A stretch of 64,000 nt of DNA from Cyanophora paradoxa CCMP329 (taxonomy: Eukaryota > Plantae > Glaucophyta). The translations under genes and the position numbers were made by a program. Below the pieces are notes generated by a model. It was not told the origin of the DNA and made no database searches. It saw nothing but the letters and a program-made list of their open reading frames with translations. The DNA is taken from NCBI GenBank assembly GCA_004431415.1, contig QPMI01000168.1, positions 1 to 64,000 on the forward strand, given 5' to 3'. Below are positions 9,942 through 22,129 of this stretch, piece after piece; positions within the stretch are counted from its first letter, which is position 1, and each line of letters begins with the position of its first letter.

Positions 9942-11121
9942 GAACTTCATGATGGTGACGGAGTTCGGGCAGATCTAGAGCGCCGACGACCTCCGCCGCC
10001 CCTCGGGCCTGGATGGTAGGCGATGGGGCGCGGGCGCGGGCGAGGGCGAGGGCGAGGGCGAGGGCGGGAGCTAGGGCGAGATGAATTAGATCGGAGCTCC
10101 CCGCACGGCTCAAGCTCGGCCCGCTGAGCTCGGCGGCTCTTAGTTTAACTAGCGAATGAATTCGAGCCCGGCCCCGCTCAAGGTGGACGTCTCTCGCTGA
10201 CCCGGCGGGCCCCGGCCCGGTCCGCCCGCGCGCAGGCGATGGCGGTCTCCTGCGGCCTCTTCTTCCTCGGCTCCCTCCCCTCCTGGCCAGCCCGTACCCC
10301 CGCCCCTCCTAATAATTATTTAGGCTTCTGCGCAAGATACTTCGCCGGCGCCTGCGCAATAAGCCCCCTGCGACCCCCCTCCTCTCAACCCCTCCCCCCC
10401 CCCCCCTGCGCCCCTCCCTATATCCCCCCTCCCACCCCTCCACCTCCACCCCCTCCCACCCTCCCACCCTCCCTTATTATATTCCTCCTTCCTTGAGGGC
10501 GGGCGGCCTCCCCTCCCCCGCCCCCCCACCCCCCTAAACCCCCACCCCTTCAACCCCCCTCCCCCTTCAACCCCCCCCCGGCCCCCCCCTCAGGCTGCCG
10601 GCGGCCTTCGTGACCGGCCCGCGGGAGCTCATCGTCGCGGCCTCCGTCCTCTGCTTCTCCTCCCTCTTCGCCGTCGGGTGGGCGCCTTCCTGACTCTGGC
10701 CCGCCTGAGGAGCTTCTACGTAAAATACCTCGATGAGCTTACTATCATGAGCCCTGCGCGCGTCTTAAAGGCTTCAAGCCAAATGCTAGGCTTCGGAGTG
10801 AGCCTCTGAGCGGCCGCGATTTAAGCTGGGCCGGCCCGCCTTCCGCCTGCCCGATAAGCTTCTGCGTTTAATAATACTTTGATAAGCTTATATATAAGCC
10901 CTCCGTCCTAAAGGCTTCAACCCCAAAGCTCCGCCGTCCTACCCGCCCGCCTGACCCGCGGCCGCCCCGCCCCGCACGGTGCCGTCAAGGGGCGGGCGAC
11001 GCGCTCGGGGGCGCTGGCCTCGGGACTCGAGAACGTGGTCCTCGGCGGGCTCGGCGCCGCCCTCTGCTACGGCGTCGGCGCCCTCGCCGACTCGGGGGGC
11101 GGCCCCGTCGTGCACGCGTAG
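9942..11121 (+). pseudogene. VIT1/CCC1 3'-half copy 1 (last four exons)
   Basis: Exons NFMMVTEFGQ, AMAVSCGLFFLGSLPSW, LPAAFV..FSSLFAVG and AVKGRATR..GLENVVLGGLGAALCYGVG. In-frame TAG at 9976, no 5' half, last acceptor reads CACG. Confidence 0.85.
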
Positions 11122-11679
11122 TCGGAGCGGATGCTCATTATTATGTGAGCCACTAGGGCTCTAGATCTAGCTATATATATATAGATTACGACATGTCCAT
11201 ATGCATGGCCCAAATGCATATGCATGGCCATGGACCCCAATCGCGCCCCGCGCCCAGCCCGCCCATATGCATTTATAATTAAATTACTAGTTATTAAACA
11301 AGCGAGTCCCTGCGGAGCAGGAGTGGCCTTGGGTCTTGGGGTTTCAAGACGTGAGGGTGGCCGCTCTTTGTTTTAAAACGGGGTCCCGCAACCGCGCGCG
11401 GTTACTGTTGAGAGGGCCTCTGGGCCTCTAGATCTGGCCCGGCATACGCATTTAATGTCCCGCCCGGTGCAGCGGACGGGCGTGGGTGCCGCTAGAACGT
11501 TAACCACCACAGCCGGCGTTTTGAGCTCGGCAAGCGCATCGGGGGTTTTCGCTGCATATGTCCCGCGCCCCTACCTAAATCCGCCCACTCCACGCACGCC
11601 CCTAACCGACCATATTGCAATTGCAGGGTGCCAGCGCCACCCAAGGCCCGGTCGCCCCGCAGACGCGCCGGCGAATTGG

Positions 11680-12809
11680 CCTCCGCCGCCCCTCGGGCCT
11701 GGATGGTAGGCGATGGGGCGCGGGCGCGGGCGAGGGCGAGGGCGAGGGCGAGGGCGGGAGCTAGGGCGAGATGAATTAGATCGGAGCTCCCCGCACGGCT
11801 CAAGCTCGGCCCGCTGAGCTCGGCGGCTCTTAGTTTAACTAGCGAATGAATTCGAGCCCGGCCCCGCTCAAGGTGGACGTCTCTCGCTGACCCGGCGGGC
11901 CCCGGCCCGGTCCGCCCGCGCGCAGGCGATGGCGGTCTCCTGCGGCCTCTTCTTCCTCGGCTCCCTCCCCTCCTGGCCAGCCCGTACCCCCGCCCTCCTA
12001 ATAATTATTTAGGCTTCTGCGCAAGATACTTCGCCGGCGCCTGCGCAATAAGCCCCCTGCGACCCCCTCCTCTCAACCCCTCCCCCCCCCCCCCCTGCGC
12101 CCCTCCCTATATCCCCCCTCCCACCCCTCCACCTCCCACCCCCTCCCACCCTCCCACCCTCCCTTATTATATTCCCTCCTTCCTTGAGGGCGGCGGCCTC
12201 CCCTCCCCCGCCCCCCCACCCCCCTAAACCCCCACCCCCTTCAACCCCCCTCCCCCTTCAACCCCCCCCCCGCCCCCCCCTCAGGCTGCCGGCGGCCTTC
12301 GTGAGCGGCCCGCGGGAGCTCATCGTCGCGGCCTCCGTCCTCTGCTTCTCCTCCCTCTTCGCCGTCGGGTGGGCGCCTTCCTGACTCTGGCCCGCCTGAG
12401 GAGCTTCTACGTAAAATACCTCGATGAGCTTACTATCATGAGCCCTGCGCGCGTCTTAAAGGCTTCAAGCCAAATGCTAGGCTTCGGAGTGAGCCTCTGA
12501 GCGGCCGCGATTTAAGCTGGGCCGGCCCGCCTTCCGCCTGCCCGATAAGCTTCTGCGTTTAATAATACTTTGATAAGCTTATATATAAGCCCTCCGTCCT
12601 AAAGGCTTCAACCCAAAGCTCCGCCGTCCTACCCGCCCGCCTGACCCGCGGCCGCCCGCCCCGCACGGTGCCGTCAAGGGGCGGGCGACGCGCTCGGGGC
12701 GCTGGCCTCGGGACTCGAGAACGTGGTCCTCGGCGGGCTCGGCGCCGCCCTCTGCTACGGCGTCGGCGCCCTCGCCGACTCGGGGGGCGGCCCCGTCGTG
12801 CACGCGTAG
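11680..12809 (+). pseudogene. VIT1/CCC1 3'-half copy 2; part of a ~1.4-kb direct duplication (9990-11413 vs 11680-13103)
   Basis: Near-identical to copy 1, including introns and 3' flank. Confidence 0.85.
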
Positions 12810-14458
12810 TCGGAGCGGATGCTCATTATTATGTGAGCCACTAGGGCTCTAGATCTAGCTATATATATATAGATTACGACATGTCCATATGCATGGCCCA
12901 AATGCATATGCATGGCCATGGACCCCAATCGCGCCCCGCGCCCAGCCCGCCCATATGCATTTATAATTAAATTACTAGTTATTAAACAAGCGAGTCCCTG
13001 CGGAGCAGGAGTGGCCTTGGGTCTTGGGGTTTCAAGACGTGAGGGTGGCCGCTCTTTGTTTTAAAACGGGGTCCCGCAACCGCGCGCGGTTACTGTTGAG
13101 AGGACTATGCCGCCTATAGCTAGAATAGCTATGTAGTAGCGGCGCCTGCCAGGGGCTGCTGGCGCCGGCGGCGAGCCTGGCGCGGCCGGCGCGCGCCGGC
13201 GTCCGACGGTCGCGGCGATCGATCGCGATCACGTCGGCGCCGGAGCTATAGCGCTAGCGCTCGATCGATCGTTGATCGCGATCGTTTGCGAAGCGACGCG
13301 CGGCGATTCTGCCGGCGAAGCGCCTAGTGACTCCAGCCTTCCAGCCGGGTACAGAGGCTCTTTGCAATTTCCATCGGCGAAGGGGAAGCAAGCTGGAACC
13401 AATGACAATCGCGCTTGTCCGTGAATGGGTGAATTGACTTTTTGTGCCAATGGCGATCGGGCTTAACGCGAACAATTTCGTTCGTACGTGCTGTTAGTGC
13501 TTGTTAGAGGTGTCACATTTGAAAAGTAGCGCCGCCATCGTGCTCCCTAGGGTCGAAAATGGGTACCTAGGTCTAAAAATTTTGTCTATAAAATCAAGTT
13601 GAAGTTTGCCACAAGATAGGCACAGACCTAAGGGCCTCTCCTTTCCCCAAGGCCGATTTCAAGTATGTGAACGCGCACGTTACATAACGTTTGTGAGCGC
13701 GACCCGGCCCGGTATACGTAACCGTCGGACCCTATTCGAACTTCGGAATTCTATGCGCATGCGCATGTGCGCCTGCATGCAGCTGCCGCAGTGCAGCTGA
13801 TCATGATCATGACCGTCGGACTTGTGCACGTGACTCAGTGATTACTAAGTTAATAGATGATTTCATCTCGGGATTTCATGATCATCTATATAGCGGTCCT
13901 CGAGCTCTAGATCGCCGGCACCGTGGCACGCGCGCCCCTGGCCTATACGTATATACGTACGCGTTTTAAATTCGTATACGTGTACATTTAACCAGCTCGG
14001 CCGCGCCGAGGGGGTACGCATACGCCAGGAAAAGGGTACGACGTGATCATTCACTTGGCTCAGGCGCGCGCCGGCTTGCGCTCGAGCTTGCAGCCCGCGA
14101 ACGCTACGTGTACAGTATCAGCAGCTCGGCGAGCGTGTCGAGCATAGCGCGTCGGTGACGAACTGTCCAGTTGGCCAGTCGCGGCAGGGAGAGTTACCCC
14201 AAGTGTCGATCCGACGCGCGCGGTGCGCACCTTTTGTTTCGCCTCCTGATATCGTCTTAAGCTCCTGCATCCACTCTGACGCAGCGGGACGCGCCAGGAT
14301 AGCAAGATTCCCACACGCTAGCGCTTACCAGGCCAGCGCGCGAATTTGCAGCTCGAGACGCGCGGTGCCATTCGCAAGAGCCCAGCAGCCGCATCTGCAC
14401 CTGGCCTTCGGCATCTAAAGCTCTACTGCTTTCCTCCAGCATCGTGGCGCCAGCAGCA

Positions 14459-16972
14459 ATGTCGGCCGCTCTAGATCTCTCGGAGCGCGATATAGAGCGG
14501 GAGACGGTACCGGCACCGGTCCGCCCCGCGGCCACGGACGCAGCGTCTGCCGGGAGCCGGTCGAGCAGGAAGGAGAGAGAGGATGCCGCGGCCGGCCTGC
14601 GGCGCATCGATATCGACATCGGCGTCGACGTGGAGTCCGGCGTGCGACCGGGGCAGGTCCGGACGTCCGCGCGCGCGTGCCGAGCCTCTCGCTGCGCGAG
14701 CGCGCCTCTCGCTGAGTCACGGATCCAGGTGGCCCACGCGTACGTGGAGCACGCGGGCCCCAAGCGCGCCTACATGAGAGTGCGCCGTCTTCGAAATCAA
14801 ATTAGATTTAGAACCTCTCCGGGTCCGGGGCGCCCCGGCCCGGCCCGGCCCCCCTAGGCCCCAGCCCTGGCTTTAGCTTCCGCGAACGACTCGATCGATG
14901 GCGACGCATATAAATTTGATCTAGACCTGCCGCCGCTCTGATCTGATCTCACCACGCCCCGCCCCGGCAGGACATCATACTGGTGCGCTTTCGATTCGAA
15001 TTCGAGCCTAGGCCTCGAGCCCCGAGCTCCCAATTCCCAGCCACGCGACCGCTGACGCGACCGCTGCGCTCCGGCGGTCTCTCGCATGCCCCCTGCAGGG
15101 CGTGAACGGTCCGCGCCTTTCCCCCCGCCCCCCCACTACCCCGCCCCCGGTCTGACTGCCCCGCCCCCCTTTCCCCCCCCCCCCCCCCCCACGCGCGCAG
15201 ACGGCCTGGTCTCGACGTTCCTGCTGGTGATCGCGTGGCGGGGGCGGCATGGAGACGCACCACATCCTCCTCGTGCGACCCGCCTCTCTACCCCCCCCCT
15301 GCCCCCGCCCAGCACCAGATATAGATCATGGATTCAGACTTCCGTGCGCTAGTACGACCTTCGTACGGGCCCCGTTGCCGCCGCGCCCCGCCTCGCCACG
15401 CCTCTTCCCCCGTCCCCCTCCCACCCCACCCCTCTCACCCCTATCCCCTCCCCCCCCCCCTTCCCCTTCCGCCCCGCCCAGAGCCCCTAAATGCGCCCCC
15501 GCGGCAGATCGGGCTGACTTCGCCCCTAGACTCTGCCCCAGTGAAACTTGGAATGAAACTAGATGAGCGCCCCTAGATGAAACTTGGAACGAAACTGGAT
15601 GAAACTCGCCCCCCCGCAGATCGGGCTGACGTCGGCGGTCGCTGGGGCGATCGATATACTTTAAGCCTTTTAAGAGCCTTTAAGAGCCTTTAAGAGCCTT
15701 TGAGAGCCTTTGAGAGCCTTTGAGAGCCTTTAAGAGCCCCGCCCCGAAATTCAACTAATAACTAATATATAACTGCCCTCTTGCAGATCGGGCTGACGTC
15801 GGCGATCGCTGGGGCGATCTCGATGGGCCTCGGCGAGTACCTCGCCACACGCTCCAGAACCAGCGCGTACCCCCGCCCCCGCCCTCGCTCGGCCCGCCCG
15901 TCCCGTCCCGTGACCGGGCCCCCCCCCCCCCCCCCTCCCCCGCAGGATGACGGACGGGGAGATCAAGCTCGAGAAGGACGTGCGCGCCGCCCGCCCGTGC
16001 CCTTAATTAAGAAGATAGGGACTCTTTGCTTAATCTCAGCTTGATCTTGACAACCAAAGAGCGAGGGGCCCGCTCGGATCTCGAGCTGAGCTTAAGACTA
16101 TGGCCCATGACCATGGCCAGGCCAGGCCAGGCCAGGCCAGGTCTAGGGTGGGATATGGCGCTGACGCTGGCCGGGGCCGGCCGCGCGGCGCAGCACGTGC
16201 GCTTCCACCGTGAGAAGGAGGTCGCCGAGGTGCTCGGCCCCCCGCCCCACCACGTGCCCTAGTCCCATCTCGATCTCCGCCCCCCCCCCCCCACCTCCCC
16301 TCTCCCTTACCCCGCCCTCTCACCCCCACCCTCTCCCCTCCCCGCCTCCCCCCCCCCCCCCCCCCCCCCGCCCCTTGTCTCGATCTCGATCTCCACTACG
16401 CTTCCCACCCCACCCCACCCCCCACGCCCCCACCCACCCCACCCCCCACGCCCCCACCCCACCCTTGGCCTTGCCTACCCCTCTAACCCCCCCCTCCCCC
16501 AGGTGCGGGAGACGCTGCGGGCGTTCAAGCTCGAGGGCGACTTCCTCGAGGAGGCCGTCCGCCGCATCGCCGCCGACGACGAGGCCCTCCTGTGCGCTCT
16601 AACTCCCGATCCGCCCTGGCCTCTCATTAAATGAAATAAGCTCGGGGTAATAATAGTACGCTAGCTTGCTATATACGGCCCAGACTTGCCTAGTCCTCCC
16701 GTTTGCAAGCTAGCCGAACCTCGGCCCTGCGGAGCTCCGCCGGGCACGCGCGCGGCCTTAGGATATCGATCCAACGACAAAACCCTCGTCTCCCCCCCCT
16801 CCCCCCCCTCGACTAGACTAGCCTAGCCGGCGCTCTCCCAGTATTTAGCTTGCAGCCCTCCGGGTCCTTCGCGGTCTTAGGATAATAATAAACTTCTCAT
16901 ATAGGATATGAATTGTGTAACCCTCGTCCTCGCGCCCCCGTCTCCGCGCGCGCCGACCCGCGTGTCTCCTCC

Positions 16973-17005
<33 letters not shown>

Positions 17006-17736
17006 CCCCCGACCCGCCCCCGCCCCGCAGGAACTTTATGATGGTGACGGAGTTCGGGCAGAGCGAGGACGACCTCCGCCGCCCCTGGAAGGCGAGCTGG
17101 CGCGGGGGCGAGGGCGGCTTCTAGGGCGAAATTAGATATTAGATCGCGCCCAGTGCAGCTTATCATTAAGCTCAGCGCTAGCGGCTCTTGAGCGAACTAT
17201 TGAGCCCTGCGCAGCTCGATCTCAGCCCGCTGACTCGGAGGGCCCCGGCCCGGCCCGCCCGCGCGCAGGCGATGGCGGTCTCCTGCGGCCTCTTCTTCCT
17301 CGGCTCCCTCCCCTCCTGGCCCGCCCATACCCCCTACCCCCCCACCCCCCCCCTCCTCTCACCCCCCCCCCTCAGGCTTCCCGCGTCGTTCGTGAGAAGC
17401 CCGCGGGATCTCATCATCGTGGCCTCCGTCCTCTGCTTCTCCTCTCTATTCGCCGTCGGGTGAGCGGCCGCGCGCTCATACGCAAGTTATTTTGATATAT
17501 ATAAGCCTTTAAGCCCTCCGTCCTAAATAAAGATACTTTGTGATAAGTCTACGTAAATATAAGAACGCGCGCGACCGCCTGATCGTGACCGGTCTGGCAG
17601 GGTGGTGAAGGGCCGCGCGACGCGCTCGAGCCAGCTGCGCTCGGGGCTCGAGAACGTGGTGCTGGGCGGCCTCGGCGCCGCCCTCTGCTACGGGATCGGC
17701 GCCCTCGCCGGCTCGGGGGCGGCCCGCGCCGCGTAG
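14459..17736 (+). CDS. VIT1: VIT1/CCC1-family vacuolar iron/manganese transporter, ~13 exons
   Basis: Spliced motifs YMR|DIIL|GVN|DGLVSTFLLV, IGLTSAIAGAISMGLGEYLAT, EKEVAE, NFMMVTEFG, FFLGSLP, LFAVG and SGLENVVLGG..AALCYGIG; stop TAG 17734-17736. At least one apparent 1-nt deletion (~15233). Confidence 0.92.
15660..15740. repeat. 10-bp tandem repeat T(A/G)AGAGCCTT x7 in a VIT1 intron
   Basis: Directly visible. Confidence 0.93.
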
Positions 17737-18518
17737 CCCATATGCATGGCCAGCGGATCCAGATGCAGATCTATATTTATGTATATCTAAATCAAGCACG
17801 CCGGGGCGGCCTTTCTTCGCATTCTTTTATCTCTGTACAGCCTCGCAGAACGCATCGATGTTGTTCCACTAGCTACGTATATACAGCTTTTCCGAGTTCA
17901 ATCTCCGTTCCGGATCCCTTTCGCATCCGAATCCAGTTTCGATGATCCAGTTTCGCGAGTCAGCACCACGTATACGGCAATTTGCAATTGTGATCGAATA
18001 TTCATAGCCAATTGTGTGAGCGCCGTGGCACGGGAGGCTCGTGCACATATATGATCATGACATCACACTCATGATCAGTGGCTGCAGCTGATCATGATCA
18101 TGATCGTGCATGTTTGAGTCAAGTATAACAGCTGCAGTTGTCCCACCGTGGGCGCGGGATCTGCCAGGCTTCCGTTAAAACATTTAATTTATTCGAATTC
18201 TCAAGATTCTAGCTCCCCCGCCATTGCAATTGCCGATACGCGATCGATATCGTCCGCCGCCGCCGTCATGCAAGCTTCAATTCAATGATTCCGATCAAGC
18301 TTCATCCTCGTCTTCTTTTCGGAAAAAACATTGTTCTACTTAGCCTAGTAGGCGAGGGTTTCACGCCCCCTTCTTGATTCAAAGAAAACACTTGTCATAA
18401 ATCACACACGGGCGCGCGCGCCGCGGCGCCGCGTCCGACGGTCGTCCACGTTTACTTTCAGCGAGCTCGAGCCCCGAGGATCGTCGGGAAACATTTGGCC
18501 GATAGTTCGTGATCGATA

Positions 18519-19070
18519 TCACTCGTTGTGGTTCAGGCTGAGGTCGGCGAGCCAGCAGGCCGCGTTCTTGATGTACCTATGCGTGCCCCCGAACGCCCGG
18601 TCAGTTAATGCCCTTTCAGAATTTCCGAGGAGGGGGGCAGCTCCAGGGCAGGAGGGATCCGGGGCGGGTCCTAAATCTAGGTCTCAATCTAGGGCTTAAT
18701 TCGGACTTGCGTGGGAGATCTAGAGGTGGAAAGGCTAGGGGCCGGGGACAGGGGCGGAGGCCCTGAGGAGGCCCTCAACTACGGAATCGGGGCCCGGCCC
18801 GTGACTCGAATCTTCAGGGGAGGGGAGGGAAGGGGGGGGGGGGAGGGGGGCTCGGGGCGGGGCGGGGCGGGGCGGGGCGGGCGGGGCGGGGCGGGGCGGG
18901 CGGGGCGGGCGCCGGGGGCCATCTCTAGATCTTATTAGAAATCGACATCTAGGTTCGTCCCCGTCTAGATTAAGATCTCAGTTTGGGGCGCACCGGGCGC
19001 AGCCGGCCATCTCGAAGTTGCCGGGGAACATGCGCGTGAAGCCGCCGTCGAGCACCGCGCGCCGCCCCGC
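18519..19070 (-). pseudogene. Orphan last two exons of a protist-type protein
   Basis: VLDGGFTRMFPGNFEMAGCAR|YIKNAACWLADLSLNHNE*, joined by a GT-AG intron; no upstream exons recognisable. Confidence 0.55.
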
Positions 19071-19519
19071 CCCCCCGACTCGAAGAGCGCTGCGGGGGGG
19101 CGAGGGTGCACTTGAGAAGTGAAATCGGTACTATATATTGCAATTGAAAGTTCGGCCACCAGACCTGACATTTCAAGTTTGGCAATCAAACAAAAATTAA
19201 ATATTAACGCCCGGCGAATGACGCATATGCGTCATGGAATGAATCTGCATGATGCATCATCCCGCGCCTAGTGCAGCTTCATTAAAATATGCGCAAGTTT
19301 TAGCGCTAGCGCTAGGGCCTGATATCGATGGCCTTCTTCACCTGCGCTACCGTAGTACTAGGCTAGCATAGTCGGCTAGACGCTTAACTTCGCGGCTCAA
19401 GACTAACGCGCGGGGCGGCGGGGCTGGGCCCCGACGCCGGGCCGCCGGACCGGTGGGCCGCGCCTGCGCGGCGCGCGCGCGCCCTGGCCCCTGAGAAAGC
19501 GGCTACGCACTCACTGAGT

Positions 19520-21400
19520 CATGAGCGGCGCCGGCGGCTCGCGCCTAAGGCGGCCCGAGCTCGCGGCCGAGTCGGCCTCGGGCCGGCCTCGAGGGCGCGG
19601 AGGACGGCTCCTGCTCCTCGGCCGCGGCCGCCCCGAGGCGTGCGAGTTTCGCCCGCCCGCGCCGCCTCCGGCCCGAGGAGCGCGCCCGCCCGCCCCGGCG
19701 GCTCGTCCCGTTGCGGCTCGTCCCGTTGCGCGGCCGCGGCGGGCCGGCGCCCTCCGCGCATGCGCAGGGAGGAAGGCTGCCGGCGGTGCCGGGCCAGACG
19801 CCCCGCTCTGCCGGCGGCGGCGCTGGGCGGCGCCTGCGGTGCCGGGCCCTGGGGCGCCTTTGGAGGGGCGCAATGGAGCGCCCCGGAGCCGCCGCGCCGG
19901 CTGCCGGCGCTGCCTGCGTACCCCCCCTCAGAGGAGGCGCAGGGCTCAAAGGGCTCGGAAAGGGAGGAAGCGGGGGGGGAGGGGGAGGGGAGGGGAGGGA
20001 GGGGGTACCTGTAGAGGAGGGCGGGGTAGGGGTCCCTTCTGCCCGGGGGTCGAGGGTCAGAGTTCGCGGGGAAGGGGGGGGGGGGGCGGGAACAGGGGGA
20101 GAGAGGGGGTACCCAAGCGAGGGGGATCGAGGGGGTACCCGCGCAGGGGGAGGGCCTTGGGGCGGAGGTGTACCCAGGACCCATCTCAACCTCGCTGGAG
20201 GGAGGGGGAGGAAGGAAGGCTCGGAAGGGGTACGAGAAGGCCTGGGCGGAGAGGTGGGAGGGCAGGGGGTACCCGAGAGCAGAGGTCCTAGTCGCGACGG
20301 AGGCATTGCGGCGCAGCCGTGGCGCGGCCGCGGAGCGGCTGCTCTCGCCCGCACGGCCCGAGAGGGTCCGGCCGCGGGAGGGAGGGAGGGTCCCGCGGGT
20401 GAAGGTCTGCGGTCTGCGCGAGCGCGCGGGAGTCGGCCTCGGGGCCGGCCTCGAGGGCGCGGAGGACGGCTCCTGCTCCTCGGCGACGGCCGCACCGAGG
20501 CGGCTGAGGCGGTTGGCGGGAGTCGGCCTCGAGTCGGTCTGCGCGAGAGCTCGGAAGCCGGCCTCGAGGGCGCGGGGCCCGGAGGGCGGCAGCGGCGCGG
20601 CCGACGGCGCGGCTCCTGCGCCCCGGCCGCGGCCGCCCGAGGCGTGCGAGTTCCGCCCGCGCGCGCCCGCGCCGCCTCCGGCCTCCGCCCGCCGAGGCGC
20701 GCGCTCGCCCGCCCCGCGTCGGCCCAGCGGCCCTCGGCGGCCTCCCGGCGGCTCGCCCCGTCGCGCGGCCGCGGCGGGCCGGCGCCCTCCGCGCAGGGAG
20801 GAAGGCCGCCGGTTCGGCCGGGCTTGGGCGCCCGGCTCTGCCGCCGGCGGCGCTGGGTGGATTCGAAGAGGCACACCGGAGCGCCCCGGAGCCGCCGCGC
20901 CGGCTGCCGGCGCCGCCTGCGTACCCCTCTCAGAGGAGGCGCAGGGCCCGGAGGGCTCGGAAAGGGAGGAAGAGGGAGGGGGGAAGGGGAGGGGGAGGGG
21001 GGGAGGGGGTACCTGTAGAGGAGGGCGGGGGTAGGGGTCCCTTCTGCCCGGGGGTCGAGGGTCAGAGTTCGCGGGGGAGGGGGAGGGGGGGTACCAAAGC
21101 GAGGGGGATCGAGGGGGGTACTCGCACAGGGGGAGGGCCTTGGGGCGGAGGTGTACCCGGGACCCATCTCCACCTCGCCGGAGGGAGGGCCGGGGGAGGA
21201 AGGAAGGCTCGGAAGGGGTACGAGAAGGCCTGGGCGGGGAGGTGGGAGGGCAGGGGGTACCCGAGAGCAGAGGTCCTAGTCGCGACGGAGGCATTGCGGC
21301 GCGGCTGCAGCGCAGCTGCGGCGCGGCTGCTCTCGCCCGCACGGCCCGAGAGGGTCCGGGAGGGGAGGTAGGGGTCGTCGCCGGGGCCCTCGGCGGGGAG
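19520..21400. repeat. Two tandem ~0.9-kb GC-rich units, also homologous to 26640-27560
   Basis: Shared blocks GGCCTCGAGGGCGCGGAG, CCTGCGTACCCC..TCAGAGGAGGCGCAGG, GGGGTACCTGTAGAGGAGG and CCGAGAGCAGAGGTCCTAGTCGCGACGG. Confidence 0.85.
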
Positions 21401-21599
21401 GGCGCGCGGGCCTCCGGAGGCGCCGCCCGGGGCGGCCGACGGGCCCTCCCCGCCCCGCCGGCGCGAAGGGTCTCCCACTCCGGCGCCCCCGCGCCCGCCT
21501 CGGCCGTACGCCCGGTCTCGCTCCGGAGCTCGGGTGGGCGCCCCGCCGCGGCCGCGGCGCCGCCTGCGCGCCGCCTGCCCACGCCGCCTGCTCGCGCCG

Positions 21600-22075
21600 C
21601 CTGCTCCGGCCCACTTGCGAATGCGTCCGTTTGTTCCGCTGTCTCGCCACGCCGTTTGACGTGGTCTCCCGCCCTTGACACGCAGCTCGGCGCTCGGCCA
21701 TTTCGTCTCTTCGATCACTCGCCAGCACTGCCTGCGCATGCGATCCGCGCATATGCATCGTCAGCGGTGCGGCGCGCTGCAGCTGCGCCGGCGGCAGCGG
21801 CGAGCGCAGCGGCGGAGCAGCAGCAGCAGACCCGCACATGCCGCGCAGGGCCAGCTCGTTTTCAAGCCGAGCGCTTTAAACACGTCGATGTCGCAAATCT
21901 CCGCATCCGGCAGCGCTGCGATCGTCCCTGTCGCGGCTGCTCATTCCGAGGCAGTCGCCAAGAACCCCGAAGCGTGCGTACCCCGGCCGAGGAGCGGGCT
22001 GAGCGGGCCTGGCTTTCCCGTTGCTTCCGTTGGCGTGATAGCGCGCTAACCGCCTCCAAACGTTAGCTACGTTCA
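21600..22075 (-). pseudogene. 5' fragment of an F-box gene plus upstream region, paralogous to 61430-62110
   Basis: IAALPDA..DVFKALGLKTSWP and RVIEETKWPSAELRVKGG; upstream GTGCGTACCCCGGCCGAGGAGC and AAACGTTAGCTACGT shared. Confidence 0.8.
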
Positions 22076-22129
22076 GGTACGGCGAGCGAAAGCCGCGTAG
22101 GCCGCGCCGCTGAAGCCCTCGAGGTCGGC

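Noticed and set aside
13300-13760. AT-richer, TE-like segment (similar ones at 5770-6060 and 24460-24640)
   Set aside because: No TIR, TSD or second copy found by eye.
19519-21681. 720-aa and 542-aa ORFs
   Set aside because: Low-complexity R/P/A/G translations of GC-rich repeats with no domain signal.
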